Part shown: in pieces, positions 1 to 13,570 of the stretch
Layout: the number at the start of each line of letters is the position of its first letter
Numbering within the stretch: the first letter of the stretch is position 1
Source: Octopus sinensis
Taxonomy: Eukaryota
Direction: 5' to 3'
Length of the DNA stretch: 64,000 nt
NCBI RefSeq assembly: GCF_006345805.1
Contig: NC_042997.1
Span: 154,752,001-154,816,000, forward strand
Program-made: the position numbers and the translations under genes
The notes under the pieces: model-generated
Told to the model about the DNA's origin: nothing
Seen by the model: the letters and a program-made list of their open reading frames with translations, nothing else
Database searches by the model: none

Positions 1-619
1 AAATACATGTTGGTTAATGTTGACTTGGATATACAAAAAAGTATGAATGATCAAGGTTAGAAAAAAAATTACCATACCTCTGCAATAAAGGTTAATTTGT
101 GACTAAAAAAACATCAACAACATCAAGAATAAAACCCCACCACTAAATTACTTCTGAATCTAGACATACTATCTTTTTATTGACTGCTTTAACAATGCTT
201 TTTATGGTCATTCGGGAGATGATAAAGTTAAGTTCTTTTCCAAGGAAACAGCACGGTATAAAAACAAAATATATATCAAATCAGTATTACCCACGTCTAG
301 AAAGTTGTTTGAGAGTAATTATCGTTTTGTAACACGATAGGGAGTCGTTTATTAACGTTCGTATTTATTTTCAATAACAAAATAAAGCTTCACATCCATT
401 TTGTTTGGTACAATAAATTCTTTCAAATGTGAATCGGTTGCTTTATTCACCTTTAAAGAATGGAAAAATGAATTAATGTCAATCAATAAGAATAATTTTT
501 AAACGTTTAAACAGAATAACATAGCAGCACAGTTATGTGTGAATATTTTATCAGAAATATCAAGGGAATTTTATAGTAAAAAAAAAAAAAATTCAAAATA
601 CAAATATATTTATTTTTTG

Positions 620-740
620 CATTGTATGTATGTATTTATGTGTGTGTGTATATATGTGTCTATATATATATATATATATTATATATATATATATATATAT
701 CGCAATGTTCATATATATATATATATGTATATATACACAT

Positions 741-808
<68 letters not shown>

Positions 809-822
809 TGATATATATATAA
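620..822. repeat. Compound (TA)n/(CA)n microsatellite
   Basis: Direct reading; explains the overlapping YIYI/HTHT ORFs. Confidence 0.95.
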
Positions 823-1599
823 ATGAAACTAGCGATATCATTTACAAAGTGCATATTCATCTGCAGTGTGCAGCAAATCAAAATATGCACATAAGAAGTC
901 TAACCTCATCTACATTTCTGCCCAGATTGCCAGGCGATTATCACAGATTATATTTCACGAAAATACTTAACGAAATTTTTTCCACTCAGAAATTCATTAT
1001 GTATTTTACATTATTGATTCAACGGAACAAAGTTAAATTATACGTAATGCGATCTCAATTGGAAAACATTGTGAACATTAGCTTTTCTTATGTAAGTCCA
1101 AAGCTTTCTAAAAATACAAATTAGTAAATGAATTCATATGCATTTGAAAAGCATCTCACTTTTAATATTTATCTTCAGTTAGATTGTTTGATAGTATCAT
1201 GTGTTCCCAGAATTTTAGAACCAGTTAAACACACACAGACACACACATACGCACACATATATACATATATACATATATACACACACACACGCACACATAT
1301 ACATATATACATTTATATATATTTATATGTCTATGTGTGTATATGTAAATATTTGTTTCTCTGCGTTGCTAGTTAAACGAAGTCTAACGTTAAGTTGAAG
1401 GAGCGTAACAATTTATTTTTACAATGAAATTTCAAGTGGTGAGCCAATTCACAAACGGCTCTTTCACATTATGAGTAAATATGCACCTCCACAACTATAA
1501 ATTCTAATATTCTTATCCTGGAACTTCCTATCTACGTACAATATTGTATCGTTTTCGGGGCATTACATGATATTTCACAGGTAGATAATAACATGATAT

Positions 1600-2066
1600 T
1601 ATTTTCGGACAATGGTTTACAATTGCAGACCACATTTTTCAGTGCTGTGCAACGATAGAATCTTTTTGTATGGAGTTTAACGTTTATCAAAAGAACAGGA
1701 ATCCAGGGTATATCGAACTTACACCCGAATGCTAGGATCATTCTTAAACGTATCTTGAAGGACTTATCCTGTCAAAAAACAGCTGTATAGAAATCTCCCG
1801 TCTGTTTCCGCCATTACAAGGTAAAGGCGCATGGGCTTTGCAGGACATTGCTAACGAGTTGAACAAGACCTAACAAGTGGCCTACAGCTATGGATGCCAA
1901 AGTATGGCCGTATTCGAGCACGTCGTCCGAATACAGCGTTTGCAGATCAACTCACCAGAGATACTGCATGCCTCTACGGAAACTTCCAACTAATTCAGGA
2001 CTTACATGGATGACTCGTGCGGGTTAAAAATGTCTGAGTAAGTTCCATCAGATGTTGATGATGATT
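1600..2066 (+). mobile_element. Degenerate RTE/RTEX-like LINE 3' end (post-RT region of ORF2)
   Basis: Manual translation through stops: TYTRMLGSFLNVS*RTYPVKKQLYRNLPSVSAITR*RRMGFAGHC*R...LWMPKYGRIRARRPNTAFADQLTRDT, matching the RTE RRLRFAGH...W.P.HG.R.RGRP...DQL pattern; short (GAT)n tail at about 2056-2065. Confidence 0.8.
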
Positions 2067-4083
2067 TACCCAGATTCTGCACCACAGTTATCACATCTGA
2101 TTTATACTACTTGCATCTAGATTCTTTAATTTCTTTATTTTTGTACGCCAAGTATTGTCTTGCCTCCCGTTCCTAGATTACATAAGCATGCAGTAACGTA
2201 GGTAGGATGTGGTCTCCTCTAGACAGTGCCTTTATGGGAACGGCACATTTGAGTTTGCTGCATGTGTTTGTATATGATTCTTGGGCCGGGTGGGGTGGGA
2301 AATTCAAGTCCACCCTGGGTTGCACACATTCGAGCTATGCCACTGAGTACCTATCCTTCAAACTGAGAGATAATAAAATAGTTGTGAGCCCAAGGCTCTC
2401 GACATTGGTTATCTGTGTTACTGTCACCCTTGAAGCTTTCGGACAATATAGCCATACATGACCGTCTACTCATTGCAGAGGGCCTTTCTTCAAAAGAATG
2501 TGTGAGTAAAATATCTTTTTTTTTTAAATCCTTCCATAGAAAAGGAAGGAGGATTTTTTAAAAAAGGAAAAAGAATCAAAGCTACATTGCTAAATTTTCG
2601 ATTACAATAACGGTGAAGAGTTACATTTTGAATCTCACGGAAGCTTTACATATTTCTGTAAGCTTGCAGGTTTCGTTTGCTAAGTATGTATTAGCTTATC
2701 ACTGTGTCAGAAAACTCCATATTTTTGATATTATCACTGTTATGTTGAGAGAATATATATAAATAGGGCGGTCGATGACAGAACTATCACAACGTCAGAC
2801 AAAATATCTTGCGGCATTTATCCCATCTTTTTATGGACTGCCTTAAAATCTCGCCAAAGTCAACATTTCCTTTCGTTTTTCCAATATCGAAAGAAATATG
2901 TAAATCACAATCAAAGCAATTCATCATAGTCTTCAACTTCTTTCTAACAACTGTTGCAGCAGAACTGGTGCTATGTTGCATCAGCCGTTGCTCTTCGATT
3001 GATCAACATCACTGGAGTGAAGAGGAGAGACTTACTGTACGGATAACTGCTACTGTCCAATGCAACCTTATCCAAACTGCTACCCCGGAGAAGAGACTTG
3101 TCTTTTCATATGTACGTATATATGTATATATGCATGTATGTACATATGCATATATGTATATTTGCATTATGTATACATGAATGCATGCAAGCGTGTATAT
3201 GGCTATACAAATACACCAGTTCATGCATGGATGCGTGTTTGTATGTCATTGTTCAGCTTTATTTCAAGATTTCTTGCCAATAGAGAAAGAGCCGGTTTCT
3301 AACCTAGATTCAAGGCTCCTTCATTGGAATTTCAAGATCAACAACAGAATATTTTTGTTTGTATGTATGTTTGTAGGATATATTCCATTTGACGGACAGA
3401 TTTTTTTAATTAATATTTTTTTTATAACTAAACACTTTTTCTAGCAGGTCATGCAACCACATACAGGCTCCGTCGTTGGTCTGTCTCAGTAATAATTTTG
3501 TCGTTATTTAGCTTCAGATCAACCCGCATACAGCAAATCTATGTTGCTATAAAAACACTCTCTGGTTATTAAAGAAGGGTTTTGTTAGGGGATGAGACCC
3601 GGAACTTGTTGTTCGCAAACAGCAGCAGTAATTTTCTTCAGCTAAATACACGTCAATGATTGGTTAAAATAACCCAAATACGACAACTTTAACACGAAAT
3701 AACTTTTAAATACAACATAGACCTTGTTCTATGTGAAACAGTTTACCAGTATCCGAAGTTTCAAAGTGTTTAGTTAAAAAAATTAATTAAAAAATATGGC
3801 CATCAAATTTATAAGATCCTGGATGGATGGATATGTGCAGAATTGTAAGTTTTGCTTTATGTATATATTATCATGCATATAGTTGCATATCTAGATATGC
3901 CTATATATATTTAAATGATAAACTTCTGGAAAGTTTCACAGATTTTTACAGTGATGGATCGAATTTATCGTCTTCGAATTAACTTTCTCCTTTCTGGTTT
4001 TGAGAAGCCTAATTTCTCAAGATTGGTATTTAGGCAGTGTGTTAACAGATCCCAGGGCCCCATTAATTACAGGTATAAACTTG

Positions 4084-4210
4084 TATGTGTATATGTATGT
4101 ATGTATGTGTATGTATGTATGTATGTATGTATGTATGTATGTATGTATGTATGTATGTATGTATGTATGTATGTATGTATGTATGTACGTATGTATGTAT
4201 GTATGTATGT
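4084..4210. repeat. (TATG)n microsatellite
   Basis: Direct reading. Confidence 0.95.
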
Positions 4211-4465
4211 GACAAAGTACGTCTTTTATCAGCCAATAAATCATCTATATGTTCATCATTTTCTTTAAACCAATCTTGATGCTTTCTTTGTATCAATCCG
4301 AGAACTTTCTTACCAAGCCGGCTATTACCGGTAAAGGTTTTAGTTGCCAATTCTGTACAAGACATTGTAGATCTTTAGCTGGGCTAAAAAGTCACATTCG
4401 ATCACAACACCAGTAACAGTTAAGCTTCGTGCAATGGCCATACTCGATAACGAGGGGGCAGCCAT
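4211..4465 (+). mobile_element. RTE-BovB-like LINE 3' end with an inverted internal fragment at its 5' side
   Basis: 4316-4465 (+) encodes AITGKGFSCQFCTRHCRSLAGLKSHIRSQHQ* then tail ccatactcgataacgagggggcagccat followed by (ATGT)n. 4211-4316 (-) encodes KKVLGLIQRKHQDWFKENDEHIDDLL, the RTE EN-RT linker. Confidence 0.8.
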
Positions 4466-5164
4466 AATGTATGTATGTATGTATGTATGTATGTATGTAT
4501 GTATGTATGTATGTATGTATGTGTGTGTGTGTGTGTGTGTATGTACGTACGTACATATATACGCATGCATGATTGCATGTATGTATGTATGTATGTATGT
4601 ATGTATGCATTATGCAGGTATGTATACACGAAGTAAATTGTATTCGTAATCTATCATTTGATAAACTCTGTGTTCTCCAAACGAGTATGTGAGTCCACCT
4701 TGATTTACTCAAGACATGATTTGTTCCCGAAGGTTAATTCGGGATGATGGTGATGACCGCTATACTAGCTTTCTTTACTGCTTTTATATCACTTTGTTTC
4801 AGTATTAAGTTGAAGATTTATGAGGGTATCTCTTGGGTATCAAAAATTAATTAGTTTCCATGTCTTGAAGATCAAATAACAAAAACCGATTTCGTTGTCG
4901 AGTTACCGTTTTCTGCAGGGGATATAAAAAACACTTCTAGCAACAGACCAGTTAATAATTAACGGATACGCTTATCTTCCATTTGATCAACATTGCACTC
5001 TAACTATTCACCAAAAATTAATCCAACGGTAGGATTTGACTTGAAAGGTTTAGCTACTGTTTACAACTGGTCAAGCAAGTACGTTGTGGTCTCGAGACAG
5101 GCTTGCTTGTTACGAATCTTAATGACCGAATCAGTATTATTTCCTGTAGCTACTAACAAACATA

Positions 5165-5580
5165 CATTCTTCTCCTCTTCCTCTCTTATTTCTCTCTCTC
5201 TCTTTCTCTCTCTTTTTCTCTCTCTCTTTCTCTCTCTCTCCCTCTTTCTTTCTCTCTATCTCTCTCTATATATATATCTTTCTCTATCTCTCTCTCTCGT
5301 CTTGTTTCTGTACCCCTTTTTTCTTTGCTGTCTATTTATCCTTATATACTTTCTTTTTTTATTACCATTTAGTTTTACTTCATCTTTGCCTCCATCTCCC
5401 TCTCTTTCTTTTTTTCCATCTTTCTATTTGTTTATTTCTTATTCTATTCCTCTTACTCTGTTTCTTCTTTTCCCCCTCTTTTCCCTCCCCTCTCCCACTA
5501 CTCCTCTCTTTCTACTCTCCCTCTCTCTACTCCCCTTCTCTCTACTCCCCTTCTACCTACTCCCCCTCTCTTTCTTTTTG
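5165..5580. repeat. CT-rich polypyrimidine low-complexity tract
   Basis: Direct reading; source of the spurious 203-aa S/L/F-rich ORF 4993-5604. Confidence 0.9.
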
Positions 5581-5860
5581 TTTGTTTTTAATTCATCGTC
5601 ATGAGATATTTATTCATGACTTGATAGCCATATAACAACTAGATGTGTATAAATTCTTCGTTAACACCTACAAGTCAAACACCACTAAATTATGACGTGA
5701 CTAGAATGCCGCAGCTTCGTCATGTATTCAAAATACACAGACAAAAGTACGATATTGATTAGTCAACATTCGGTTAATGATATATATTTTCTGATATTAC
5801 AACCATTGCTGTTTTGAAATTCTTCCATGTTAAAGATTTGCTCAGCTTACATCATTTTAA

Positions 5861-6275
5861 CGCGGCGAGCTAGCAGAATCGTTAGTATACGGGGGAAAGT
5901 ATTTATCGGTATTTCGTCCGTCTTTATGTTCTGACTTCAAATTCCGCCGAAGTCGACTTTGCTTTTCATCCTTTCGAGGTCGATGAAATAAGTACCAGTT
6001 GGACACTGGAGTCCAAAATTTTAGGCCTTATGCCTATAGTAGAAGAGAATATTACGCCATTGTGAGCTGGCAGAATAGCTAACACGCCGGGCAAAATACT
6101 TATCGGTATTTTGTCTGTCTTACGTTCTGAGTTCAAATTCTGCCGAGGTCGACTTTGCCTTTCATCCTTTCGTGGTCGATAAAATAAGGACCAATTGAGC
6201 ACTGGGGTCGTTGAGATCGACTTACCCCTTCCCTTGACATTGCTGGCCTTGGGCCAAAATTTGAAAGCAATATTT
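5861..6275 (+). mobile_element. Two adjacent copies of the major tRNA-derived SINE (tail B then tail C)
   Basis: Head gcggcgagct(g/a)gcagaa, B-box-like gttcaaattccgccg, core gtcgactttgcctttcatcctttcg; different 3' tails. Confidence 0.85.
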
Positions 6276-6497
6276 CGAGTTAGATGGGATCGCGTGGTCT
6301 ACTACTTGTTTCAATAAAAAAATATCAAAAACAGGAACGACATACTCATCAATATTGTCCGGGATATACAAAAATACGGGATGATCAAAGACGGAAAATA
6401 TAACATACTGCAAACTATATTAAACTATTAAACGTTTTTATAAGTCAATACAGTGGTCTATTGTGTTAGCAGTGCTCTTAAATCCTGTATTAATGTC

Positions 6498-6955
6498 ATC
6501 TCTTCAGATTTTCCATAGAAGTTATAGCCAGCACTGATTTTATTATGACATTTCGTATCCAAGACGTCTGATGCAAACAAACAGAGATCGAAGATGGAAA
6601 ATGGGTAACGGACTCTTCATGTATTTTGTAGTATATTACAGTTGCATAACGTGTCCCTAAAAGTCATTAATATCTACATACCAACTTCCAGGAATGTGTT
6701 TAATGTGTGAATTGGTATATCCAATAATGTTACACCACTATATGTAGTGGCTATTTAAGCAATGAGTTCGTAGGTGATTAATGGGTTGGACGGGTGAGGG
6801 TGCAGGAGCAAAAAATTCCCCGAAATATCGCATATACGCTCATTACCCACTTTTCGTCTTCGATCTCATTGTTGTTTGACATCTGACGTCTCGGATACGA
6901 AATGTCATAACAAAATCAGTGCTGGTTATAATTTGTATGGAAAATCTGTAGAGAT
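6498..6955. mobile_element. MITE/foldback element with ~115-bp imperfect terminal inverted repeats
   Basis: 6498-6610 (atctcttcagattttccatagaagttatagccagcactgatttt...) aligns to the reverse complement of 6841-6955 at high identity; non-coding core. Confidence 0.85.
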
Positions 6956-7414
6956 AACCGTAACAAGTTCACTGAACTGTCACTTTCAATCAAATAGTTG
7001 TTATTGACATTGACACTCAGGTACGTAGATCTTGGCTGAAAAATTTAAGATTATTGACGTCCCATTCCTGCTAATTCTATCTTAATTTCAGATGTTGTGC
7101 ATCTATAACTACATTGTGCAACATACTGTTCCACATTTATGATAGGAGGCTGTGATTTGAACAAGATTGGTTGTTTGGAGTTGTTATAGTTGAATTTAGT
7201 CGTGTATGCGGCCAACTGGCAGAAACATTAGAGCCTCGTGATATCTATTCCGACTTTCTGCGCTCTAAGTTTAAATAGACCGAGGTCTACTTTGCCAGTC
7301 ATGCTTTCATTACCGATAAAAATATGCTAACTCAAAGCAGTTAATTAACAGAACTGTAAAAATGTCGGAGTGGATGCCTTGTGTTATTTGTTCCACGTGT
7401 TGAGGGTTCATATA

Positions 7415-7681
7415 TGATGGACTCTCTCGTCAAAGACGACGTATGAGCGTTCAGCTTTTGCCGAACGACTTGCACAAATGATTTGTTCGTAGTGATCAAA
7501 TGTATGTGCCGCACATTAACTCACTACCTCTGCCAAATCGACGTTGTATCACGCGTCAAGTGTCGAAGTGAGATGAACGTGAGATGAAGTGGTTTGCTCA
7601 AGAACACAACGCACCACCCGATCTAGGAATTAAAATCACGGTCTCGTGAGCGTGAGTGCAACACTATAACCAGTAAGCCAT
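7415..7681 (-). mobile_element. Degenerate tRNA-derived SINE (gtgttcttgagcaa core family)
   Basis: Reverse complement tggcttactggttatagtgttgcactc...gttgtgttcttgagcaaaccacttcatctcac resembles the copy at 43175. Confidence 0.65.
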
Positions 7682-7768
7682 ATATATGCATGTATATGTA
7701 GATACATATATATATATGTATGAATGTGTATATATATATACATACATACACACACATATATATGTATA

Positions 7769-8865
7769 CTAGCTGGTGTACCTGGTAATTCCCGGTGGTA
7801 AAGATGCTCTATTAAAACACCTTATTATTCTGATATAAGAAAGCAATTTCCTTATAACTGCCATAAAAGGTGTATTTTCAGTCACGAAAAAGTACAAATA
7901 CTGTGCGCTGGAGAAGGAAAAGATTGTTGAAAGTTGGCGACAGAGGTTTCCGGAGGCTGGTGAAAAAGATTGTCGGAAGTTGTCTAGAGAGGTTTTAGGA
8001 GATTGCCGAGAGAGGTTGTCGTTCACAGAAAAAATATTACTTTACTGTGAGAAAAGCGCTGTTGAAGTGTTAAGTGAAACTTGACAACCGAGGACCAAAT
8101 TCATGTTATGCCTGCATGAAGCCACTGCAAATACGTTGTGGAAAAAAATTATCTACTCTCATGGAGAAAGGGTAACTGTAAAAATGCAGAATTATTGAAG
8201 TAATGGGGCAGTCAAAAAAGTATGTATGAATAGAAATGTATGAATGAAGAGATTCAAATTAAGGAAGTGCAATAATAATGTTTAGCAGTTCAAAACTGTG
8301 AGTAGTGACATGCAGAATTAGGTCGGCTGATCGTGAGAATCAAATATTGATCGCATCGCTAAAACCTGCAGGTGCTATGGGTTATTTCCCGTGGGTTGTT
8401 TAAATAAAGTATTAGTAATATGTAGTAGATAAGAGGATCCATTGGATGGCCCCTATTATCGATTCTTTTCAACAATCTATGTGTCACGAGGTTTCCAGAC
8501 ATGAGTTCTTCTCACATGTCAAATAAAGTTTAAAAAATTATATTCTCTGCAAAGATTAGAAATTGGACACACACAAAAAAATCAATATCTAAAGTAATCG
8601 AACATAAGCAATGAAATAGGTTGTTCAAAAAAATATTGTGCAGGTAATATGGCTTATTTCCTTTGGGTGTTTAAAAAAATTAGTTATATAAGGTGGATAT
8701 AAAGGTCCCTTCCAGGAGCCGTATTATCGATTTTCTCAACAATCTAAGTATGTCTCGAAGTTTCCAGATATGAGTTCTACTCGTGTGTCAAATTTCATCA
8801 AAATCAATAAAACGATGCAGGAGGGGTTAGATAACAACGCCACAAACTAATTTTCCACATATGTA

Positions 8866-8870
<5 letters not shown>
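7769..8870 (-). mobile_element. Non-autonomous Helitron
   Basis: Minus-strand 3' end accgggaattaccaggtacaccagCTAG|T; 5' region homologous to 48700-48880; internal duplication 8370-8522 vs 8640-8790. Confidence 0.7.

Positions 8871-8955
<85 letters not shown>
8866..8955. repeat. (TA)n microsatellite
   Basis: Direct reading. Confidence 0.95.
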
Positions 8956-8959
<4 letters not shown>

Positions 8960-9345
8960 GTATGTCGGCGGCAACCAGAACACCAAGTACAGCACCGACA
9001 ACACACGCACATAGAGATACATTGGATGTTCCAGGAACTTTTTCAAGCAACGTTTCTCCAACCACAGGTCCCCCTTCAGAGTTCCGGAAAAGAGATACCT
9101 AGCAACACTGGCCAGCCACGTCTGGCAACTATGAAACGATAAGGCTCCATACTCGATCTCATGGAAAATCATCGCGAGCCCAAGCCCCTACATCACGGAA
9201 GGAAGCGTTGCAAGTTATGCATACCTGAATGCGCGAGAATCCTAAAGGACTCACTCGAACCAAGGAACATTGCTAACTCCAGAACGGAGATTTTCGGGCC
9301 GTGTTTACATTTCAGGGGAATCATGCTAGCCTTTTGGAGCCCACA
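8960..9345 (+). mobile_element. Penelope-like element GIY-YIG endonuclease fragment
   Basis: YIGCSRNFFKQRFSNHRSPF...LASHVWQL*NDKAPYSISWKII, then (frameshift) GRKRCKLCIPE...NSRTEIFGPCLH; matches PLE YIG...FK.R..NH...WKI...C.LC..E...N.R.E...C.H. Confidence 0.85.
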
Positions 9346-9701
9346 AGACTGCGGCACCGCCGGTAGTCGATAGCCAATAGCAAAGGGAGATAATCCCTAA
9401 TTGTTACCTTTGAGTAGTGAAGTATTCTCCTTTCATTTTTTTAGAAGTTATGGGCCAAGGGGTTTATGGGATCTGACGATACGTCCATAAAGGTTTTAGT
9501 TTTCTGGCGTATTGTCAGATCTCAAAACTTGTTGGGCCTAGACGAGGTTTTGGGATCTGACGACAGAGTGTGCTTCTTTTTTCGGATTTGTTTTTACAGA
9601 CTATATATATATAAAGAGAGAGGGAGATGTTATATAATAGACATGTTACAGAATAGACGTTATATAACACATGCGTACATGCACACTTAATATGTACATA
9701 C

Positions 9702-9790
<89 letters not shown>
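9702..9790. repeat. (GATA)n microsatellite
   Basis: Direct reading. Confidence 0.95.
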
Positions 9791-10064
9791 CTCATCATCA
9801 ATGGTGTCCATAAAGTTTATCAGTCACGGAAAAAGACCATTATCTTGACATAGTTATCATAACACACATAAGAGAGTAAGTAGGAATAGTGTTACGGCGA
9901 GTCTGGATAGGTGGTTTACAAATACACTATCGGCATACACAAGTGGTGTGTTGTTGTTTGTTAACGGTATTAAACACTATAGAGAAATGTCAGCGTTAAC
10001 AGTTGTTACGGAGCCTCTCTTAGAAAATGTCATTCCTTAAGTAATTATTTTTAATTAGTCTCGG

Positions 10065-10119
<55 letters not shown>

Positions 10120-10184
10120 TATATATATATATATATAGATAGATATAGATAGATATATATATATATACATACATATATATATAG

Positions 10185-10255
<71 letters not shown>

Positions 10256-10290
10256 GACAGACAAACAAAAATAGATATATATATATATAT
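10065..10290. repeat. Compound (TA)n/(GATA)n/(GACA)n microsatellite
   Basis: Direct reading. Confidence 0.95.
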
Positions 10291-10486
10291 TATATGCATA
10301 CATAAACATATATTCATAACTATTTATACATATATACATACATACACCTAGTTATAATACGTATGCACATATGCATATGTACATACACCGATATATGCAT
10401 AAGGACATACATATATATGTGTGTATGTATATATGCATATATATGCATACATATACACATATAGCAAATAAACATTAAAAGATAGA

Positions 10487-10522
<36 letters not shown>

Positions 10523-10569
10523 TGTATGTATGTATGTATGCATGTATGTATGTATTATGTTTGTATGTA

Positions 10570-10865
10570 TGTTCTTTCTTTGAGTTTAAGTTCTTCTTGA
10601 GAGAGTCCAAGCCGGTGTTGCTAACAAAACAAGACTTCATTTGTAAATATGTGGTTGATTTGAACTGTTGATGTGCTTCTATTCACATAAGAATCTCACA
10701 TGAAGAGTTTCTGAAATATCTTACAAATCTTTACCGTACTACAAATAGATTCAATTTGGAGAATCCCCGTCAGATTCTTCAGCTCTTTTTCCATGAAACC
10801 CAGTATTTTTAGGTTTTTGTGTAAATTTGTTGGTACATATCCTAATGCACCTATGATGATAGCTC
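10570..10865 (-). mobile_element. 3' end of an RLE-type (R4/Dong/NeSL-like) non-LTR retrotransposon
   Basis: AIIIGALGYVPTNLHKNLKILGF...LQIESICSTVKICKIF* matches the RLE C-terminal IIIGALG motif; followed by a putative 3' UTR ending at (CATA)n. Confidence 0.75.
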
Positions 10866-11609
10866 TGTATGTATATATGTACGCGTACATGCACTCATGC
10901 AAACAGTCAGAAACACAAATGGCGAAACTTTCCTTACCTATATCAGTCTTCTGTTCATCTTTATTGCGCAATCTACAATATGGTCGACAGCTCTGTATAT
11001 TATTTCCTTTTCAAGGCATTTCTAATTCAGAGTACAATTATCGAATTTACTGTCTTTACATAGTCTTTGTAAGCGTCAGTAACTAGTTAGGTGAATTGTT
11101 TTATTTGAACCTATGTTAGGAAAGCACCTATAGCTAACGTCAACAGTGTTTCTACTGAATATTGTGACATGTTTGTGGCTGTAGAAACTAATTATCGATT
11201 AATGTGAGGAATCATCTAGCAATGTTTTTACACTCGCTCATACAATACACTGGATCGTATATTAACGTTGTCAAAATGTCAACACTGAAGACCGATATAC
11301 TACCCTACAAACACCAGATGATTGCTTTACCCTATTCACTTAACTAGCCCTCATGTCTTTTTATCAATAATGAACGTACGATATTTCGTTTCGTTTCTGC
11401 TATCGTCTAACAAGGTGGCTGAATTGCCATTGTGGCATGAAAACTGTTACTGAATAATTGCGAATAGATTCGCATGAAACCAACAGACTAACAGTACTTG
11501 TACGTTAAAAGAAATTATTCATCCATCAATAATGCAGTATAAATCACTCGTACTTTATTTGGTACAAATGCGTGTGTACTTGCTTGTGTGCATGTATGTG
11601 CAAATGTAT

Positions 11610-11659
<50 letters not shown>

Positions 11660-12934
11660 TGCAGATGTGTGTGTGTGTATGTTCCTTATCTATTGCAAAA
11701 GCGAGTTGCCGATTTTGACGTATGGGTTATCAAAAGATTCAGTAAGCTTTTGGCTACCAACTGAACTATATTTTCATTCACATATTTACATTACAAAAAT
11801 TTTAAATGATTATTTTTCTTTTAGTCTCCTATCGCAAACGAAATTTTATATCACCACCACAACGACGATGACGTCACATTTTTTATATGACTGTGTTCAT
11901 GCATTCGTTACATATGTTAGACCGATAAATGTGTGTGATGGTGTATGTATCTATCAGTATACATATATTTTTGTGACGACTGACACACACACATCTAAAG
12001 ACAGAGACAGACACTCACAGGGAGAGAGATAGGCTTCAGATGTGCATTAATGTGTATGTGTGTCTTAGTTTATGTATGTGACTCCCACCCCGCCAAAAGT
12101 GAAACGCGTCGATATTGAAAGTTTACTTTCAAGTACTAACAACATGAATATTTGGCTCATTTAACACCACTCACAATACTAGCAAATGTATCTGGAGAAA
12201 AAAATGTTATTCTGCTTATCATAACAAGTTCGGAAACTTGGCGAAGAAGAAAGCTTCAGCGACTCTTTCAATAAAATTACAGAAATATTATTCCACTCCT
12301 TCTAACCAGTTTGAAGATTTTTTTTAACAGTCCTTGTATTCCTCCTATGCTTCTTCATCACTGTGAGTATCAACGTCGCACACTCTTTTTACTGTGTTAC
12401 TCGGTATCGATTCTACAGCCTTTAAGGTTACACAGTTAAAAATATATAGCAATGTCAAATTAATTTATATCTTGTTACATGCATCCTTCAGCTAATATTT
12501 TAAATTAACGTTCACAACAGTATCTTCCTTTCTATAAACTTGGTTCAGCGTTCGTTTCAAAATTGTAAAGTAAATTATTTTTGTATGAAAAATTGAATTA
12601 TGCCTTCTGAATTTTGTTGGACTTTCACTTTCTTCACTATGACATTTATTCAATCGCGAATTTTAATAACATTTAGTACATGTTCCAAATAAATGTTGAC
12701 TTTCTGTACTTTCTTACATTGGTGACGCACACTAACTTTTTTCTATAGCATAACTATGCTACAGAAAGTATGTTTTGCACCTATATTGACTACATTTAGT
12801 AACTTTTGCTAAATTGGTGACTTTCCATTTTTTTTAGCATGTATGTGTAAGTGGCACTCACTCGCTCCCTCTCTCTATCTCTCACACACACATACTCTTT
12901 CATATACACGTACATATGGGCGAAATATACACAA

Positions 12935-13110
12935 GGCCAGAAATTTTGTGGGAGGGTACCAGTCAATTAGATCGACCCCAGTACGCAACTGGTACTTAAT
13001 TTATCGACCCCGAAAGGATGAAAGGCAAAGTCGATCTCGGCAGAATTTAAACTCAGAACATAAAGACAGACGCCCGTCGTGCTAATGTTTCTGCCAGCTA
13101 TCCGCCTTCA
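12935..13110 (-). mobile_element. Major SINE, degenerate copy
   Basis: Reverse-complement core cgaaaggatgaaaggcaaagtcga; head ...ttctgccagctatccgcc. Confidence 0.8.
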
Positions 13111-13264
13111 TGTTTTGTACCTGTATTGACTACATTTCGTTTCGCTTGGACTTCGTGTGTGTACGTTTTGCTGTTTTCAATATTATCAATTTTAAGAATG
13201 TGTGTCTGTGTGTCTCTGCGTTCGTTATGATGTCTATAGTAAACTATAGTAAAAAAACAGTTTA

Positions 13265-13570
13265 CGTTGTTTTAATGAGCCCACATCTAATGAAGTAGCC
13301 ATCCTTACGGTTGGTGATCCCCATGAAAATCATATTCTCATTCGTGTTCGAGATAACAACCTTAAACGTGTTTCACAGACACATCTCTTTTACGATGCTC
13401 TCCAGTATAACCCTATTCTGTGGAATGGACAAGATGTGTATCATTTCAAAATTCCATGCATTGGACCTGCAACAGGATAGCCAATTACAAACAAAAAGGT
13501 GTCGTCAAAGGACTTCTATTCTCACCAACTGATGTCAAGACCAGAACAATCAAATCAATTACACGTCAAT
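13265..13570 (+). mobile_element. Helitron RepHel fragment (region upstream of the Rep domain)
   Basis: RCFNEPTSNEVAILTVGD...LKRVSQTHLFYDALQY...WNGQDVYHFKI...G*PITNKKVSSKDFYSHQLM matches Helitron RFN.PT.NEVA...SETHRSYDALQYP...GEDGYH...KKVS...FY.Y.LM. Confidence 0.85.

Noticed and set aside
4993-5604. 203-aa ORF, the longest in the window
   Set aside because: Runs through a stop-free CT-rich tract; low complexity
12190-12440. Stop-free stretch with a cact|gtgagt donor-like site
   Set aside because: No recognisable protein similarity; isolated
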